A DNA stretch of 46,424 nt, taken from positions 1 through 46,424 of the forward strand of contig JYFJ02003122.1 in assembly GCA_000934665.2 (NCBI GenBank). The letters are read 5' to 3'. The translations under genes were made by a program, and so were the position numbers. Positions 1-12,411 of this stretch are shown piece after piece; the stretch's first letter is position 1, and each line of letters begins with the position of its first letter. The notes below the pieces were generated by a model. The model did no database searches, was not told where the DNA came from, and saw only the letters and a list, made by a program, of their open reading frames with translations. This DNA is from Catajapyx aquilonaris (taxonomy: Eukaryota).

Positions 1-299
1 TTCTCACCGGCCTGTTCCCGCCCGTGGCCCTGTACCGACAGTGCGGGGCAATATAATAGGCTAATTCCCGTCTTTCTTTCTTTTAAATAAGCAACTAATG
101 AAGCTGCTGTGTGCAATCAATCAGCGCACTTTTTCTTATGCGCAAATCTCAATCCTTGACAGTCTTTGAAATTTTGTAAAAATAGCAAAAGGACCATTTT
201 TGTAATAAATACAGTAATATGCATTTCCTCTTCAGCACTGTTAGTCATCCCATCAGACAGTGTCTATTTAGATAACTCTGTTCATGGATCATTCTGGGA

Positions 300-822
300 C
301 TGATTAGGGCCTATATTTGGCCCCATTGCGTACTTTCAAGGCGCACATGCGTTCCTTCAAATGCAATTATTTTCCTTAAATCAAAAAAGTCCTCCTGAGA
401 TTTTTTCTATGTGAGGGAAAGGGTCTGAGCTACAACATTATTTAAAAATCGGATTTTTAAATTAAGCGGATTTTTTTAAAAAAAATTGAAATTTTGAAAA
501 TGGGACAAAATTTTCAAAAAAGTCTAAATACGAATTTTCAATCCTTAGTGAGATTGGGCTCTCGAATCTCTTCAAAGGGAGCGGTCTACGACGTCTGTAG
601 CTCAATTGGTTCACGAGATATGACCGATTTCTGAAACCCTACCTTCCGAAAATGACGTTTTTTTCGGTGGGCCTATCTCCGGGGAGGGGGGGTAAATCTC
701 AAAACCGCGCAAATGGTATTTTTGAAAGACGTAATTAAAGCGATTCGCCGATTTTCGTCAAAATCTGACAACCCAAGGGTCAATTTTCCTTAAAAGCTCG
801 GTGAATTGACATGGAATGACCC
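300..822. mobile_element. Partial non-autonomous DNA transposon ending in ...GGAATGACCC
   Basis: Terminus shared with the elements ending at 1162 and 14178; left end not located. Confidence 0.35.
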
Positions 823-837
823 AATTATATGTTCATT

Positions 838-1162
838 GGGTCTTTATCAATTCCACTAATCGAAAAAAAAAATTACAAAAAAGGGCAGATTTTCGGCCAT
901 TTTCAATGTTTCTCGATTTTTTCCCCTCCCAATGGTATTGCGCAATGTGGCCGAAACTTGATATGCAGCATTATGTCATACGTATGTACTATATCGCCCA
1001 AAAAGATAGAGACGATTTTGCATTTGACTCAAGTGCAACTTGCACTTGAATCAAATGCCAATCGTCTCTATCTTTTTGAGCGATATAGTACATCTGTGAT
1101 TATTTTCACCAAGATCCGAGATCATCTAAAAAGATTTCGGCTCACTTGATTCGGAAAGACCC
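838..1162. mobile_element. MITE-like element (GGGTCTTT...AAAGACCC) carrying a nested palindrome
   Basis: Short terminal IR; both ends resemble 13960-14178, which has about the same length once the nested insert is removed. Confidence 0.5.
989..1088. mobile_element. 100-bp fully palindromic TA-flanked mini-MITE
   Basis: TA|ctatatcgcccaaaaagatagagacgatt...aatcgtctctatctttttgagcgatatag|TA, near-perfect hairpin. Confidence 0.75.
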
Positions 1163-1186
1163 CTAGTAAACCGGTCCAAACTTTAA

Positions 1187-2310
1187 CCCTTTGATGACGG
1201 AGTTTTTGAGGGATTGCATTATCCCATGGCCTGAGTTTTTTTCCCCTTTTCCGGAAATTTTATGACCTCGCCGATTTTCTTGAAATTCGGTGCATTGGTA
1301 GCCCACACCAAGGGATGAAAAACGCACCTATAGTTACCTGATCAAAATGACCTCGTGACCCAATTTTGAGGGGGGCAGAGGTCAAATCATAAAATTTCGA
1401 CCTCACCGATAGGTAGGGCTGTGCGATATCCGAAATTGCATATCGACTTTCGATACTAAAAAAATATCGCATCGAAGTCGATATATCGAAAATCGAAAAA
1501 CCGACATCGAAAATATCGCAAAATATCGCAAAATATCGCGATGTCGGTTTGCGATATTTTGCGATGTCGGTTCGATGTCGGTTTTTCGATTTTCGATATA
1601 TCGACTTCGATTCGATATTTTTTGAGTATCGAAAGTCGATATGCAATTTCGGATATCGCACAGCCCTACTCACCGATTTTCTTGAAATTCGGTGCATTGA
1701 CATATCGTCGGTGATCATGCAAAACCTCGTATCTTCCATTGGTTTTATTTGCAGGAGATACGAGGTTTTGCATGATCACCGACGATATGTCCCCCTCCAA
1801 TATGGGTCACAGGGTCATGTCGAGCAGGGAACTATAGGTGGGTTTGTCATCCCTTTAGTGTGGGCTACTAATGCACCGAATTTCAATAAAATCGGTGAGG
1901 TCGGAATTTTATGATTTGACCTCTGTCCCCCTCAAAATTGGGTCACGAGGTCATTTTAATCAGGTAACTATAGGTGCGTTTTTCATCCCTTGGTGTGGGC
2001 GACCAATGCACCGAATTTGAAAAAAATCCGGTGAGGTCGAAATTTGACCTCTGCCCCCCTCAAAATTGGGTCACGAGGTCATTTTGATCAGGTAACTATA
2101 GGTGCGTTTCTCATCCCTTGGGGTGGGCTACCAATGCACCGACTTTGAAGAAAATCGGTGAGGTCGAAATTTTCTGATTTGACCTCTGCCCCCCTCAAAA
2201 TTGGGTCACGAGGTCATTTTAATCAGGTAACTATAGGTGCGTTTATCATCCCTTGGGGTGGGCTACCAATGCACCGAATTTCAAGAAAATCGGTGAGGTT
2301 GAAATTTTTT
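1187..2310. mobile_element. Foldback-type element with modular ~125-135 bp tandem subunits
   Basis: Starts TTAA|CCCTTTG; inverted subunit at 1262-1409/1669-1700, central hairpin 1700-1790, about four direct subunits 1790-2310; right terminus not resolved. Confidence 0.6.
1414..1668. mobile_element. hAT-like palindromic MITE
   Basis: TAGGGCTGTGCGATATCCG...CGGATATCGCACAGCCCTA; 8-bp TSD CTCACCGA at 1402-1409 and 1669-1676, with an extra TAGG on the left. Confidence 0.85.
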
Positions 2311-2391
2311 GCGTTGAAAAATGACCCAAGTTGGCAGGGCAAATCTCCGGACATCATATGATGTCCGTAGGCCCTCCATCAATGCAAGCTC

Positions 2392-2810
2392 GGACACTCC
2401 ACTCAAAATACAAGTTGGGTTCTAAATATCGGGCAAAAAAATCCTGATTCCGAGGGTATAAGCAGTTTTTCTTAGAGACGAACGGTAAGGCTAGTGTGAA
2501 AGCTGGAAGTGTGTCGTTCGAAAACCGCGCGCGGGGCAGGTGGCGCAGGTGGCGACGCCACCAGAGTGGGACCGGGCGGAACTAGACCAGGCGCGCCTGG
2601 CGCGGCAGGTATTTACTGAGTACGCTATACTTCTCCGGTTTGCCGCGGGATGCTGTTGTATCGCCCTTCTTAGCAGACGACGTGTGTAGGCCTAGATATA
2701 TGACTTTCCGTATTACCATTGGGCGTAGAAAAAAACCGATTGCACATTCGGAATCAGGATTTTTTCCCCGATATTTGGGGGCCAACTTGTATTTTGAGTG
2801 GAGTGTCCCT
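2392..2810. mobile_element. TTAA-specific (Kolobok-like) MITE, copy 1
   Basis: TIR GGACACTCCACTCAAAATACAAGTTG; right end followed by TTAA; inverted relative of 29026-29527. Confidence 0.8.
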
Positions 2811-2814
2811 TTAA

Positions 2815-2947
2815 AACGATATATCTCAAATACTAGAGCTGATGGAGCGAAATGGATGCCAGTTTTAGAATCAGCGCCAGAGATATGCCCTAAAATCGGT
2901 CGAACCTTGAAGGCACCAAAAAACAATTCAATTTTGTTCCCCTGTGT
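2815..2947. mobile_element. Terminal fragment of a TA-target DNA transposon
   Basis: Ends caattttgttcccctgtg|TA; the other end was not found. Confidence 0.35.
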
Positions 2948-3687
2948 AATTTTTGGAACTGTGTTTTGGTCAATATCTCGTCAACGGTGCAAGATATCGC
3001 AAAAATAACGACATTTCACCCCCAAAGGTCCACAACTTCTCATGTTTAGGCCGGATAAGTGTACCTGCATACCAATAACCGAAAACCCGGAAGTTGCGTC
3101 ACTTACGCCCCTGGCGGAGCCGCAGGATATTAACCCACATGACTCAGATTTTTTACCTGCCAAAAGGATCGCCCAACACTTTTTTTCACTAGCGAACTAC
3201 AACGTTCGAAAAAAAAAATGTTTTTCTAGCCGCCCTATTGTACACGTATAATCATGGAATATAAAAGTTTTTTCCCCGGAAAAATTAATTTTTTGACACG
3301 TGTTGTGTTTAGAAAAATGCCTTCATATATTCACACTCTGCAGAGAAATTTCCCCTGTGTGTGCATGATTGTGAAACACCCTATATATCTTTGTGGAACC
3401 TTGGTTGAAGACCGACTATACACACTTGCGTTCCTGCAATAATGGTAAAGTACATAGGGGAGAAATGAGAGATCATCATGTATGAAATAAATATATCCCA
3501 ACAAAAACATTTCTGTAAAAATAGGCCAAGTTCTCCTGACTGCTTGGCCGTCAAAAGTGGTGAGATCTGAAATACGGCCAAGTTCAGCGTCGTACTCATT
3601 ACTGGCATTCTCAAATTCTTCAACCTAAACCACAAACTTTATTTTTCCAGGTCGACCTTAAGTTTAATCATCAAAAAAATTTAATGG

Positions 3688-3794
3688 AATTTCTCCTGAT
3701 GTCACTTGGCAATTGCTCATGTCCGAGGTATTGTTGAATTCTACAACTCTTTCAATGTTTTAAGAGCAATGGCCAAGTGACATCAGGAGAAATT
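3688..3794. repeat. Inverted repeat with ~31-bp arms
   Basis: aatttctcctgatgtcacttggcaattgctc / gagcaatggccaagtgacatcaggagaaatt. Confidence 0.75.
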
Positions 3795-4808
3795 TAAAAA
3801 GAAAAGAATAAATCGTTTTGTAGAGACAGATCGACCCCAGATCGAATGATTCAATGTCTGGAAAGGGGGGGGGGGGGGGGGGNGGGGGGAGGCGGAGCAA
3901 CGTATACACCCCCTGCACACCCCTTCCCCAACTGTTTTGCGTCAATGGTCTAGGTATTTCTGACGTTTGTTTGGAAACGATACTCGATGAACATGGTAGG
4001 ATGAACATGGTAGGATAATGAACATGGCAGGATAATGAACATATTCCATCATGTGCAAACTCTGGAGTTCGTAACCTAAAATCTACAGTCAGTATACAAT
4101 ATTTACCACATGGTGTATAAAATAATATTGAAAGGTGTGTTGGTGATGAAATAATTTGGATAAGTCCTATAGGGAATTATTTCGCGTTCGTCTCAAAGAA
4201 ACACCAAGAGGCTGAGAGCACTCAAAATGAGCTGAATATATCGAAATCAGATGACATACCGGTAACTCTTTCCCATTTGCGTGATTTTAACCCCATTTTA
4301 TTGAGATTAATTAGGCGTACGTCTACACGTAATCTGAATCATCGACTCAATAATTGTGTTGACAGCCAATATTTTTCGTCTTACTGCGATTTAATAATTA
4401 TAATAACGCCGTCGATTGCAATGCTGGTTAGCTGCAAAACTATAATTATTTTACTATATGTACAACTCAAATTGTAGCCTATATACCATTTCTACGCTAT
4501 ACAGGCATGGATGAGCCGCCATATTATGCTAGATGTCGAGAGCACAAAATGTCAGAACAGTTCGACTATCTACGCTCGACCTTTATTCAGGATGATTTGA
4601 CACCTTTGTAACTGTACAGTACCCTATACCCGTCCTACGCTACAAAATCGATATAACAGCGCTGGCGCATTCAGGCCTCCTTTATTCTCTATATCTGGGA
4701 GACCATTTTGGGAGCTATCCGGAACACACGGATCTTTATCCGGCTTCGGAATCACACTAAGCGAACAGCTGTCCAATCAATTCCCCAGGACGGACACGGT
4801 GCTTTGAC

Positions 4809-4920
4809 GTGAGTTTCACGTTAGGTAACAATAAGGTCCAAGAAAGTGGTCGAATCTAGTGTTACTGTATTATTTTACAAATAGGTTAGATAACCCTATA
4901 TGGTGTTCTTTATTCCGCAG
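4809..4920 (+). other. 7B2: Probable 5'-UTR intron of 7B2
   Basis: GTGAGT donor at 4809 and pyrimidine-rich ttccgcag acceptor at 4920, downstream of a CpG-rich promoter-like stretch. Confidence 0.6.
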
Positions 4921-4934
4921 GATATTTTGTTAAA

Positions 4935-5015
4935 ATGAAGGTATGGAAGGGCGTCTGTGTGCTCGTTGTGACCTGGCTTGCTGCCCTGACGACAGCGTAC
5001 AACTCTCATCGTCAG
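4935..5015 (+). CDS. 7B2: 7B2 coding exon 1 (signal peptide MKVWKGVCVLVVTWLAALTTAYNSHRQ)
   Basis: Acceptor ttccgcag ends at 4920, aaaATG at 4935, hydrophobic leader, donor GTACGT at 5016. Confidence 0.85.
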
Positions 5016-6500
5016 GTACGTGATACAAAAAATGTAGTCGCAATACGTAATTAAAAATATCACGAATCAATAATGCAAACAATGTCCTCTTTGGCAATTC
5101 AGGAATCTTTTCTACCAGACGCTCTTCTGCAAGAAATGGTAGAGAGAATAGGAATGACAGAAGATGACCCTGCTTCTTATTTGGATTTTCCTGACTCTCG
5201 GTTAGTATTTTGAGGCGTCTATATTGGCTGATTATGATTTCATGCACTAATTATTGTCTACATAATTACGATTTAGACTGGAGCAAGCCCTGGCACTGGC
5301 TTCAGTTCTTCCTGAACGCTCCCAGAAGGATTTGCCCCTGAGATCAGGCAACCCTGAGAAGCAACTGCTGGATTATGATGTAACTGTAGATGGACCCAAC
5401 AACCCGATGATCCGAGACCAGGAGTACCTGCAGCATTCGTCTTTATGGGGACACCAGTACATGGCAGGTAAGATTGCTGTTTGATGCTTCATGTGCTGAT
5501 ATGTAAGGTGTTCTAATTATGTGAACAGGTGGTGCTGGTGAAGGGAAACAGCGACTCCATCCTGATGGAACTGTTCCAAACCAGAAAGAAGTCAAAACCG
5601 ATGCCGTGTTGCCTGCTTATTGTAATCCTCCAAATCCATGCCCAGTTGGATACTCAGGTAAGGGCAAATTGACATATTATAGTACCGAGTTGATAGGTAC
5701 ACTCTTAACCATTTACCCTCTCTAGAGAAGGTAAATGTAAATGGTTAAGAGTGTACAGCATTGACAACCAACGATGAAAGGTAGGACAGCAGTGTGCTGT
5801 GAGAATGACACCTAGGAGTTGTGACTTTGTCGCACTGTCTAGTTGACGATGGCTGCCTGGAGGACTTTGATAACACAGCCGCCTTCAGCCGGGAGTACCA
5901 GTCTTCTCAGGATTGTATGTGTGACACAGAGCACATGTTCGATTGTCCTGATATTGCAACACGAGAGGGAGGCCCCGGGGCTGATGAGAGGGCTCGACAA
6001 GAAGCAGTGGCCATGGGGCAACTAGCCCGGTCACTCCAGATGGAAGCTCAGGGACTATCACACTCGTCACTAGGAGACTTGGCACACAGGATTCAAGTAG
6101 GCCTGCCTTAGTGTCACTTATAATAGCAGACTGAGTTAACACCTCCATCTTTACACACAGGTTGAAGGTGCTCACAAGTCTCTGGTGGCCAAAAAGTTCA
6201 ACAGCAGTCCAATAGTAAGTGTTGCATTTTGATATAGGCTACTAAGTGCTTGAAACCAATTTCTTTTTTATTCACTGCAGCGTTCCAAGAAGACTCACAT
6301 TTTTGGGAGTCACCCCCATGGATTTGGTGCACCTAAAATTCCAACTTATCATGTGGTATGTCACTATCAAAACTGGTTAGAACATTCAGTTTCTGCTTCT
6401 ATAACCAACCCTTGTCTGTGGTTTCTTTCAGAAGCCAAATCCATACCTGATGGGAGAGAAGCTACCTGTGGCTGCCAAAAAAGGCAATCACGTCCACTGA
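4935..6500 (+). CDS. 7B2: Neuroendocrine protein 7B2 (SCG5 orthologue, prohormone convertase 2 chaperone/inhibitor), whole spliced CDS, ~316 aa
   Basis: Exons 4935-5015, 5103-5200, 5277-5467, 5529-5657, 5843-6096, 6161-6214, 6281-6355, 6432-6500 have GT-AG borders and consistent phases (951 nt). Translation gives a signal peptide, IRDQEYLQHSSLWGHQYMAGGAGEG, the hallmark LPAYCNPPNPCP, CMCDTEHMFDC, LVAKK and NPYLMGEKLPVAAKK. Confidence 0.95.
5103..5200 (+). CDS. 7B2: 7B2 coding exon 2 (ESFLPDALLQEMVERIG...YLDFPDS)
   Basis: caattcag acceptor, GTTAGT donor, phase 0 to 2, fits both neighbours. Confidence 0.85.
5277..5467 (+). CDS. 7B2: 7B2 coding exon 3 (...IRDQEYLQHSSLWGHQYMA)
   Basis: atttag acceptor, GTAAGA donor, conserved invertebrate 7B2 block. 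Confidence 0.92.
5529..5657 (+). CDS. 7B2: 7B2 coding exon 4 (GGAGEG...LPAYCNPPNPCPVGYS)
   Basis: PPNPCP motif; aacag acceptor and GTAAGG donor. Confidence 0.95.
5697..5756. repeat. Hairpin in the 7B2 intron 5658-5842 (20-bp perfect arms)
   Basis: gtacactcttaaccatttac...gtaaatggttaagagtgtac. Confidence 0.8.
5843..6096 (+). CDS. 7B2: 7B2 coding exon 5 (DDGCLEDFDNTAAFSREYQSSQDCMCDTEHMFDCP...)
   Basis: Lies inside ORF 5821-6111; tctag acceptor, GTAGGC donor. Confidence 0.92.
6161..6214 (+). CDS. 7B2: 7B2 coding exon 6 (VEGAHKSLVAKKFNSSPI)
   Basis: cacacag acceptor, GTAAGT donor, VAKK motif. Confidence 0.88.
6281..6355 (+). CDS. 7B2: 7B2 putative coding exon 7 (RSKKTHIFGSHPHGFGAPKIPTYHV)
   Basis: Strong pyrimidine tract plus ctgcag, GTATGT donor, 75 nt, phase 0-0, no stop; no conserved motif apart from the basic cluster. 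Confidence 0.65.
6432..6500 (+). CDS. 7B2: 7B2 terminal coding exon (KPNPYLMGEKLPVAAKKGNHVH*), CT-peptide-like
   Basis: tttctttcag acceptor, NPYL..AAKK motif, TGA at 6498-6500. Confidence 0.92.
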   Translation, partial: KPNPYLMGEKLPVAAKKGNHVH

Positions 6501-6789
6501 ATTCTGGTCTTCGTCTATGCTGCACGTATTTGGTGTACACCTTACTAGTGGATCTATTATCTATTTTCACTTCTCATCTTTTGGTAAACTTTCTGTCAGA
6601 CCACAGGTTTTCCTTTTTTTCAAACAGGCACTTAATTTATTTTTTTTGTAATACTAGAATATGGGAAGTGACACATCAAATTGCCCATTCGGTATAGGTG
6701 CTGCTTTTACCATGGAATTGCAAAGCCAAAGCTATATTTGTTGTCAAAAATAATTTATTGTGATAAAGACTGTGCTAACAGTATCGGTG

Positions 6790-6795
6790 AATAAA
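6790..6795 (+). terminator. Candidate polyadenylation signal of 7B2 (AATAAA)
   Basis: First AATAAA noticed after the stop codon; others occur further downstream (e.g. ~9013). Confidence 0.35.
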
Positions 6796-7308
6796 TCTAT
6801 GCCAGCGATGTTGATGATGCACATTAACAGAGCTAATCAACGGGTATCTAGAAGATCAATAATTGTCACTTACTGGTGAGGAACTGCTGCCCAAAAGCAG
6901 TTTTCTCTTCACCAGGATTGATGGGTTCAAAAACATGTAAGTCACTCTATTGTTATGTAGCATTGGCTACAATAATTATTGAAGACAAAAATGCACGAAA
7001 TAACTATACAAGTTGGATCATCGAGTTCATTCTTGGAGAGAAACCCATAGCTCCATAGGTGACTTAACTGCACACATATTATGGACATTATTTGCTGATA
7101 TGCATGTCTGTTTCTTCATGTAAAGAATGTACCTAAAAGAGAAGATATTTTAAATGTGAGTCTATTGACTATCACAGTATGTTTTTATTTCACTAAAACC
7201 CTTTCATTTCAGTGTAATCATATCACAAGATTATCACACACATGGTCAACATCATTATTTTCTTTTCTTTTTTCATTTCAGATCTAGAACTCTTGTCCTG
7301 ATATGCTA

Positions 7309-7689
7309 AGGGTTGCCACAGGCTTCCCATTTTTAATTTCCCTGACTTTTCCCTGACTTTTCCCTGACCTTTTATCAAAATTCCCTGACTTTTCGACATA
7401 CCCATAGCAAACTCAAAAAACCCATTCCAAAAAAGAACACAGCAAGGGGTGTAAATCAGACGCATATTTTTGGGTTTTTTTGTTTAATGAAACGCATGCC
7501 GGCGCGCAATGATAATCACATGTACAAACAGAGACGGTCCTATCCGCGAACGACGTTAGGTCAGCGATTTTAAACACCTTTTCCCTGACCCATTTTCAAA
7601 TTCACTGACTTTTCACTGATTTCCCTGACCATTTTTTTATTCCCTGACTTTTCAAGGATTTCAAGGATTTCAAGGTCTGTGGCAGCCCC
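7309..7689. mobile_element. Decayed hAT-like MITE with TTCCCTGAC subterminal repeats
   Basis: agggttgccacag...ctgtggcagccc termini and multiple ttccctgac units. Confidence 0.7.
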
Positions 7690-9294
7690 AAGTTCAGGTT
7701 TCAGACTTCACTCCAGAGTTCAGTAGTCTACCAGTGGGAAAGTTTCAATCCTACGTAATGTTTTGCATCAGTCAGAAAATCACATCAAGAACGTGATGCT
7801 TTGGAAGTAGACTACTTTAGTTCTGTTTCATGGGCTGCATAACCATTTTTGCTAATTTTCACATACAGTACCTTATCATCACTAATCGATATAAGTTAAT
7901 ATGGACCACCAAGGAACAGTAAACTTTATGCCAGTGCATTTCAATATCATGCATACCACTTGTAGGCCTATTGACTTATGAAAGGCGAATCGCGAAATAA
8001 TGGAAAATTCTTGTCCGAGCTAAAAATTTCTGAAGGCAATGTAACATTTAAAAACCAAATAACATACAAAGAAATAAGAGTGCAACTTGTGGAATACAGG
8101 ACACATAAAATGCCATAATGAAATTATTTCACTGTTCTAATAACACTCGTAGTTTTGTCAATTTTTATGCGAGACAGAAATTATTAGCTCTTGACGTAAG
8201 ATACTGATTCACTTTTTAAAGCAAAGTAACCAAGAAAAAAATACTTGAGGTAAAAGGTTAATGCACTTTTTGTTCTCAAGTTCCAAATTGTAGGGTATCT
8301 TATCACAAGTTTTTGAGTCACATATGTGGACATTCACAAAACCTTCTATAAAATTATCCAGGTAGCAGTACTGTGGAAGGATTAGTATCTTTTTTGCTTG
8401 CTCATGCAGCCAGCATATTGGGCTCAACCAAATATCTGTCTGTTTGGTTGCTGGGATCCATATAATTATTATTCTGCTCGAAACGTCAGATTAAGTGAAG
8501 AGTCGAGATCAGTGTGTCACGTCCATGGCACCTGGTAAATGTAGGTAAGCAGTATAAATATCTATATTTTCCTAATTACGTGTATACTGTTAGGTACAAA
8601 GAGCTTATTCTTTCAATTACAAGTTTGGAACTCAAACCTGCCATATTTTACATGAAATAAAGAGGCAATTTGTCACGTCTGTGGACACTACCTGTCCAAG
8701 GACGTGGTTATCACCTATTTGAATGTTTTAGGCCATCTATCTAATGCACTAATAGCTGTACACTACTCAGATGTCCCGAGTACTTGGAATAAATTACACT
8801 TTTTTATTTCATTGCATTTGACTTATTACTTACAATTATTACTTATTACAGTACTTACATTAATATTATGGACTGTGCTAGCCACTTGGTTAGGTTGTAT
8901 ACCATGCCACGCTGTCTTATTTGTTAGTTCTGAAAGGTCAAGCAGGCATAATAGCTGTGTTCTTAACTCTGTGTATGGAGCTGTGAATACAGAATTTTCA
9001 TATAGAATAATTAATAAAAGAAGGTGAAATTATAGTCTATGATCTCAGCCGTTACCCTTGTGGAAACACTAGCGGTAAGATCTTTTTTAAAAAAGAAATT
9101 TGAAACTGTAACTCTTATTCATTATTTCACTATTCAGTAAGCAAATGTTGCAACAGTTTTCACAAATATTTACATAGCCAATAACTTGGTTCAAAGCATG
9201 CCATTTTTTGGTTATATGAGAAAAATCAACCCATCCCAACCCATAATATATTCTAGGCTGCAATTACTAGAATTGGTTGTTTTGGAAGGGTGGC

Positions 9295-9515
9295 ACAGAC
9301 GAGTTTGGGACGAGGTTGGGCAGAGGACACTTTCACACATTGAGAGTTCTGATGGATTCTTTCCGTGTTCGTGTGGGTTTTCTCTGAGTTCTATCTCCCA
9401 TGCCTGCCACAATCAACATTCATCATAGCCAGTTAATTAAGTCAACCACTTAAAAGATACTTCCCTAAAAGGCCTGCTGAGGCCTATCGCAGGGTATCCC
9501 ATCAACGTCATTATT
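9295..9515 (+). mobile_element. Degenerate SINE copy (family of 12602-12880)
   Basis: Shares the gtgggttttctc core and the gaggcctatc..ggg.atccc tail. Confidence 0.6.
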
Positions 9516-10048
9516 GGGCAATTTGACTGTAACCTAAAATAGTAACTTCTCAAATCTGACTCCATAAATGAATCCAAACACCTGCATTTCTATACTAAAA
9601 AATTGCCCCTACAAATGAGCACGCTCTTGTGTCTACACAAAATTTGAAGCTGCAACCAGACAAATGACTGTAAATTAACGAGATTTTTACCAATAAGAAT
9701 GTGAACCGACTTTTGTTATCCTGTCTTCCATTAAAAGGCAGTACCAACCACCACTTTATCTGAATGCCCCCTACTCCGGACAACCCTTATTTTTAGTGTA
9801 CATAATTTTTTTTGCAATGTATCGAAGAGAATTCAAATGATGTCCTGAGTACATGCACGTGGAGGTGTCCCACGAAAAGAGCTCAGCTCTATTAAGGGGT
9901 AAATAAATAAATCAAATAAATAATACTTCGGACAACCCAGTGCGATAACCAAGGGCAATGGCACATTTCTGAAAATATATTCAACCGGGGCATATTCTGA
10001 GTTGGGAAGGAAACTAGGCGGGCAATACAAAACCTGAGACATTCATTG

Positions 10049-10054
10049 TTTATT
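10049..10054 (-). terminator. Candidate cic polyadenylation signal (implies a ~2.4 kb 3' UTR)
   Basis: AATAAA on the minus strand followed by a GU/U-rich tract (tgtctcaggttttgtattg). Confidence 0.45.
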
Positions 10055-12411
10055 CAAAGGGTCTCCATCACCAGCACACATTTTATATTATTCTCTTTTA
10101 GCTCTTGTACTGGTAATTATTCTGTACATAATTATAATTCTCTTGCAGCAATGTAGTCTTGGGCGTAATAAAAGGCATCCACATAATGATCATATGGTCA
10201 TGAAGGTGTCACATACTTTTCATAAAATTTGTCCTCTCTAAATACAAGTGACAAACTCAGGGTTCCACACAATCACAACTGTGCAACCTACAGACTCATT
10301 GCTGAATACAATTTTTTAGGCATCTAAACATAGTCTCTACATGTGTTTCATATAATATATATCTATCTGTATATATATATTTATATAACTTTGTGAACAT
10401 GACATTTTTCTTACAATGTACACTAACGACCCCTCCAAGGGCGGAGATTTTCTCTTGATCCACACGCTCACTCATGTGTGCTCAATCACACACTCCCTTT
10501 TGCTCTGCATTCACTATCAAAATTATTGCACCTACCATGGAAATATTCCAATCTCTATTAGCAATCAATCAAGAGAAACAAAACTTATTTGTTCATAGTG
10601 CACTATCACTTGTCCCTCTCCAAGCCTTAGCACCAAAAAACTATGCATGTCTCCCAAAACACGTCAAGAGAAAGTTTGTTCTTCCCTTCAGACATAGAAA
10701 CATGGGGGCATACCCACATCAACTGTTCAGCCTGATGTGCTGTCATTCAAAAATTTACTGCACAAGTGATACTTGAAAAGGTAGTTCGACCAATCAACAG
10801 CACCTTCAAAAATTGAATGGCTCTAATCACCAATTCTAGATCAGATTAGTAACATTTTATATAAATAGGAGAAAACTATGTAACACAAACTGATATTGTA
10901 AAGTCATGGCCACAGTTGAATGTTAGGCTCTAACAAGGGCAGAACTAGGACTTTTCCTTCAATAATAAGAGAGAAAAGAAGAGCGATAGATATGCCAAAA
11001 CGTGAGAAACATTTGTCCCCTTTAACGACATGCATACTATTGCCAGTGGGATCAAGGGCACAAAGATGAAGAAAAACAGGAACAAGCACATGTGTTACTC
11101 TACCTTTATGGATGAACTTGACCCAATTGGCAAGCTATGCATCTTGTTCAAGTCAGCACATTATTTTCCCCTTGGCATGTCAACAGAATTTTTCAAAACT
11201 AAAGTCCACAATCTCTCCTTGTAAGATAATGTATTAGGAAGAAACAAGATGCAGAGATCGTTTTTTCCACAGGAATACAAGCGCATTTAAATTAGTTTGA
11301 TAATAATCAAATGCACATTCTTCACAGTATTTTTGAGAGTTGTATGGAGATTACAGGCACTTCTAAACGAGCTACTCGGCTATTGCAAAGTGGCTTTTCT
11401 TTTTCTGTTCCGACATTGTTGCCTTCGGAATGAGAACAAAACCAAACTAGTTATGAGGGTAGTGCGAGATGTGGTAGGGGTAACAAAATAATTTATAAAA
11501 TTAGAAGAGCACCCATGCCCAATAGCATGCAGAAAAAGGATTAACAGACAACTTAAGACAAACAATGCAAAAAAATTTACAAACAAAAAATAGTGCATAT
11601 GAAATTATCAGTCACTGAAGTGATTTTCATTTCAAAGGCAAATTCATCAAGCTTCTGTCCAGTTCCAAGGCAGGAAATAAGTATCAAATTTCCCTTCCCA
11701 TACATTAGCAAACGAAACACAGGAACTACCGTGACACACATCTGCTCTCATCACCTTTTGCTCCAAGCTCCCTCCCTCAAAAAACAAAAAAAAACTACCC
11801 TGTACAACACAAAATGAGAAAGAAATTGTGCATTTTGGTCAAAGGTCACTGTGGCGTTTCTCCAGAGAAAAACAAACACCCACACACCAAAAGCTACTCG
11901 TTTTCCTCGTTTTGTATGTCTATATACACAACACTAATTTTTTTTGTTTGTTTCCACAGCACAACAACACAGCTCAGGTGCTACCTAAAAATAATAATTA
12001 TTGTATGCATATTTATAATAAAAAAAATCACTGACTACGTGTCACACTAAATTCACATCCCCAGCAGCTGGTGACCTCGTTCTTTTGTTCTATTTTTTGT
12101 GCATCAATTTTCCCTTAACCCAGTGTCATGAACTTGCCCAAAGGAGGCACTTTTTTGATTTGTCTTTAAAAAAACTGTCTCCAGAAGGAAATAAAGACTG
12201 CAGGGGTTCCTTCACATAACCAATAAGCAGTGTTCCCCACAAGCTCTTGACCACACCAACATGGCAGCAATGATGGCTTAATAAAAAATAAATGGGTCTG
12301 TGGGTCGATCTGGATCAAAAACATGGAAGGGGTTTTGGAGGGAAGGTTGAACAGGGACAAATACGCTTAAGGGCTGCAAACATGAGCATCAATAGGAAAA
12401 AATATTTTTCA

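Noticed and set aside
1260..1914. Mirror ORFs on both strands (also 19486-19787)
   Set aside because: Products of palindromic DNA.
1790..2310. Regularly spaced repeats resembling a CRISPR array
   Set aside because: Whole ~130-bp units repeat with no unique spacers, there are no cas genes, and the context is eukaryotic; these are TE subunits.
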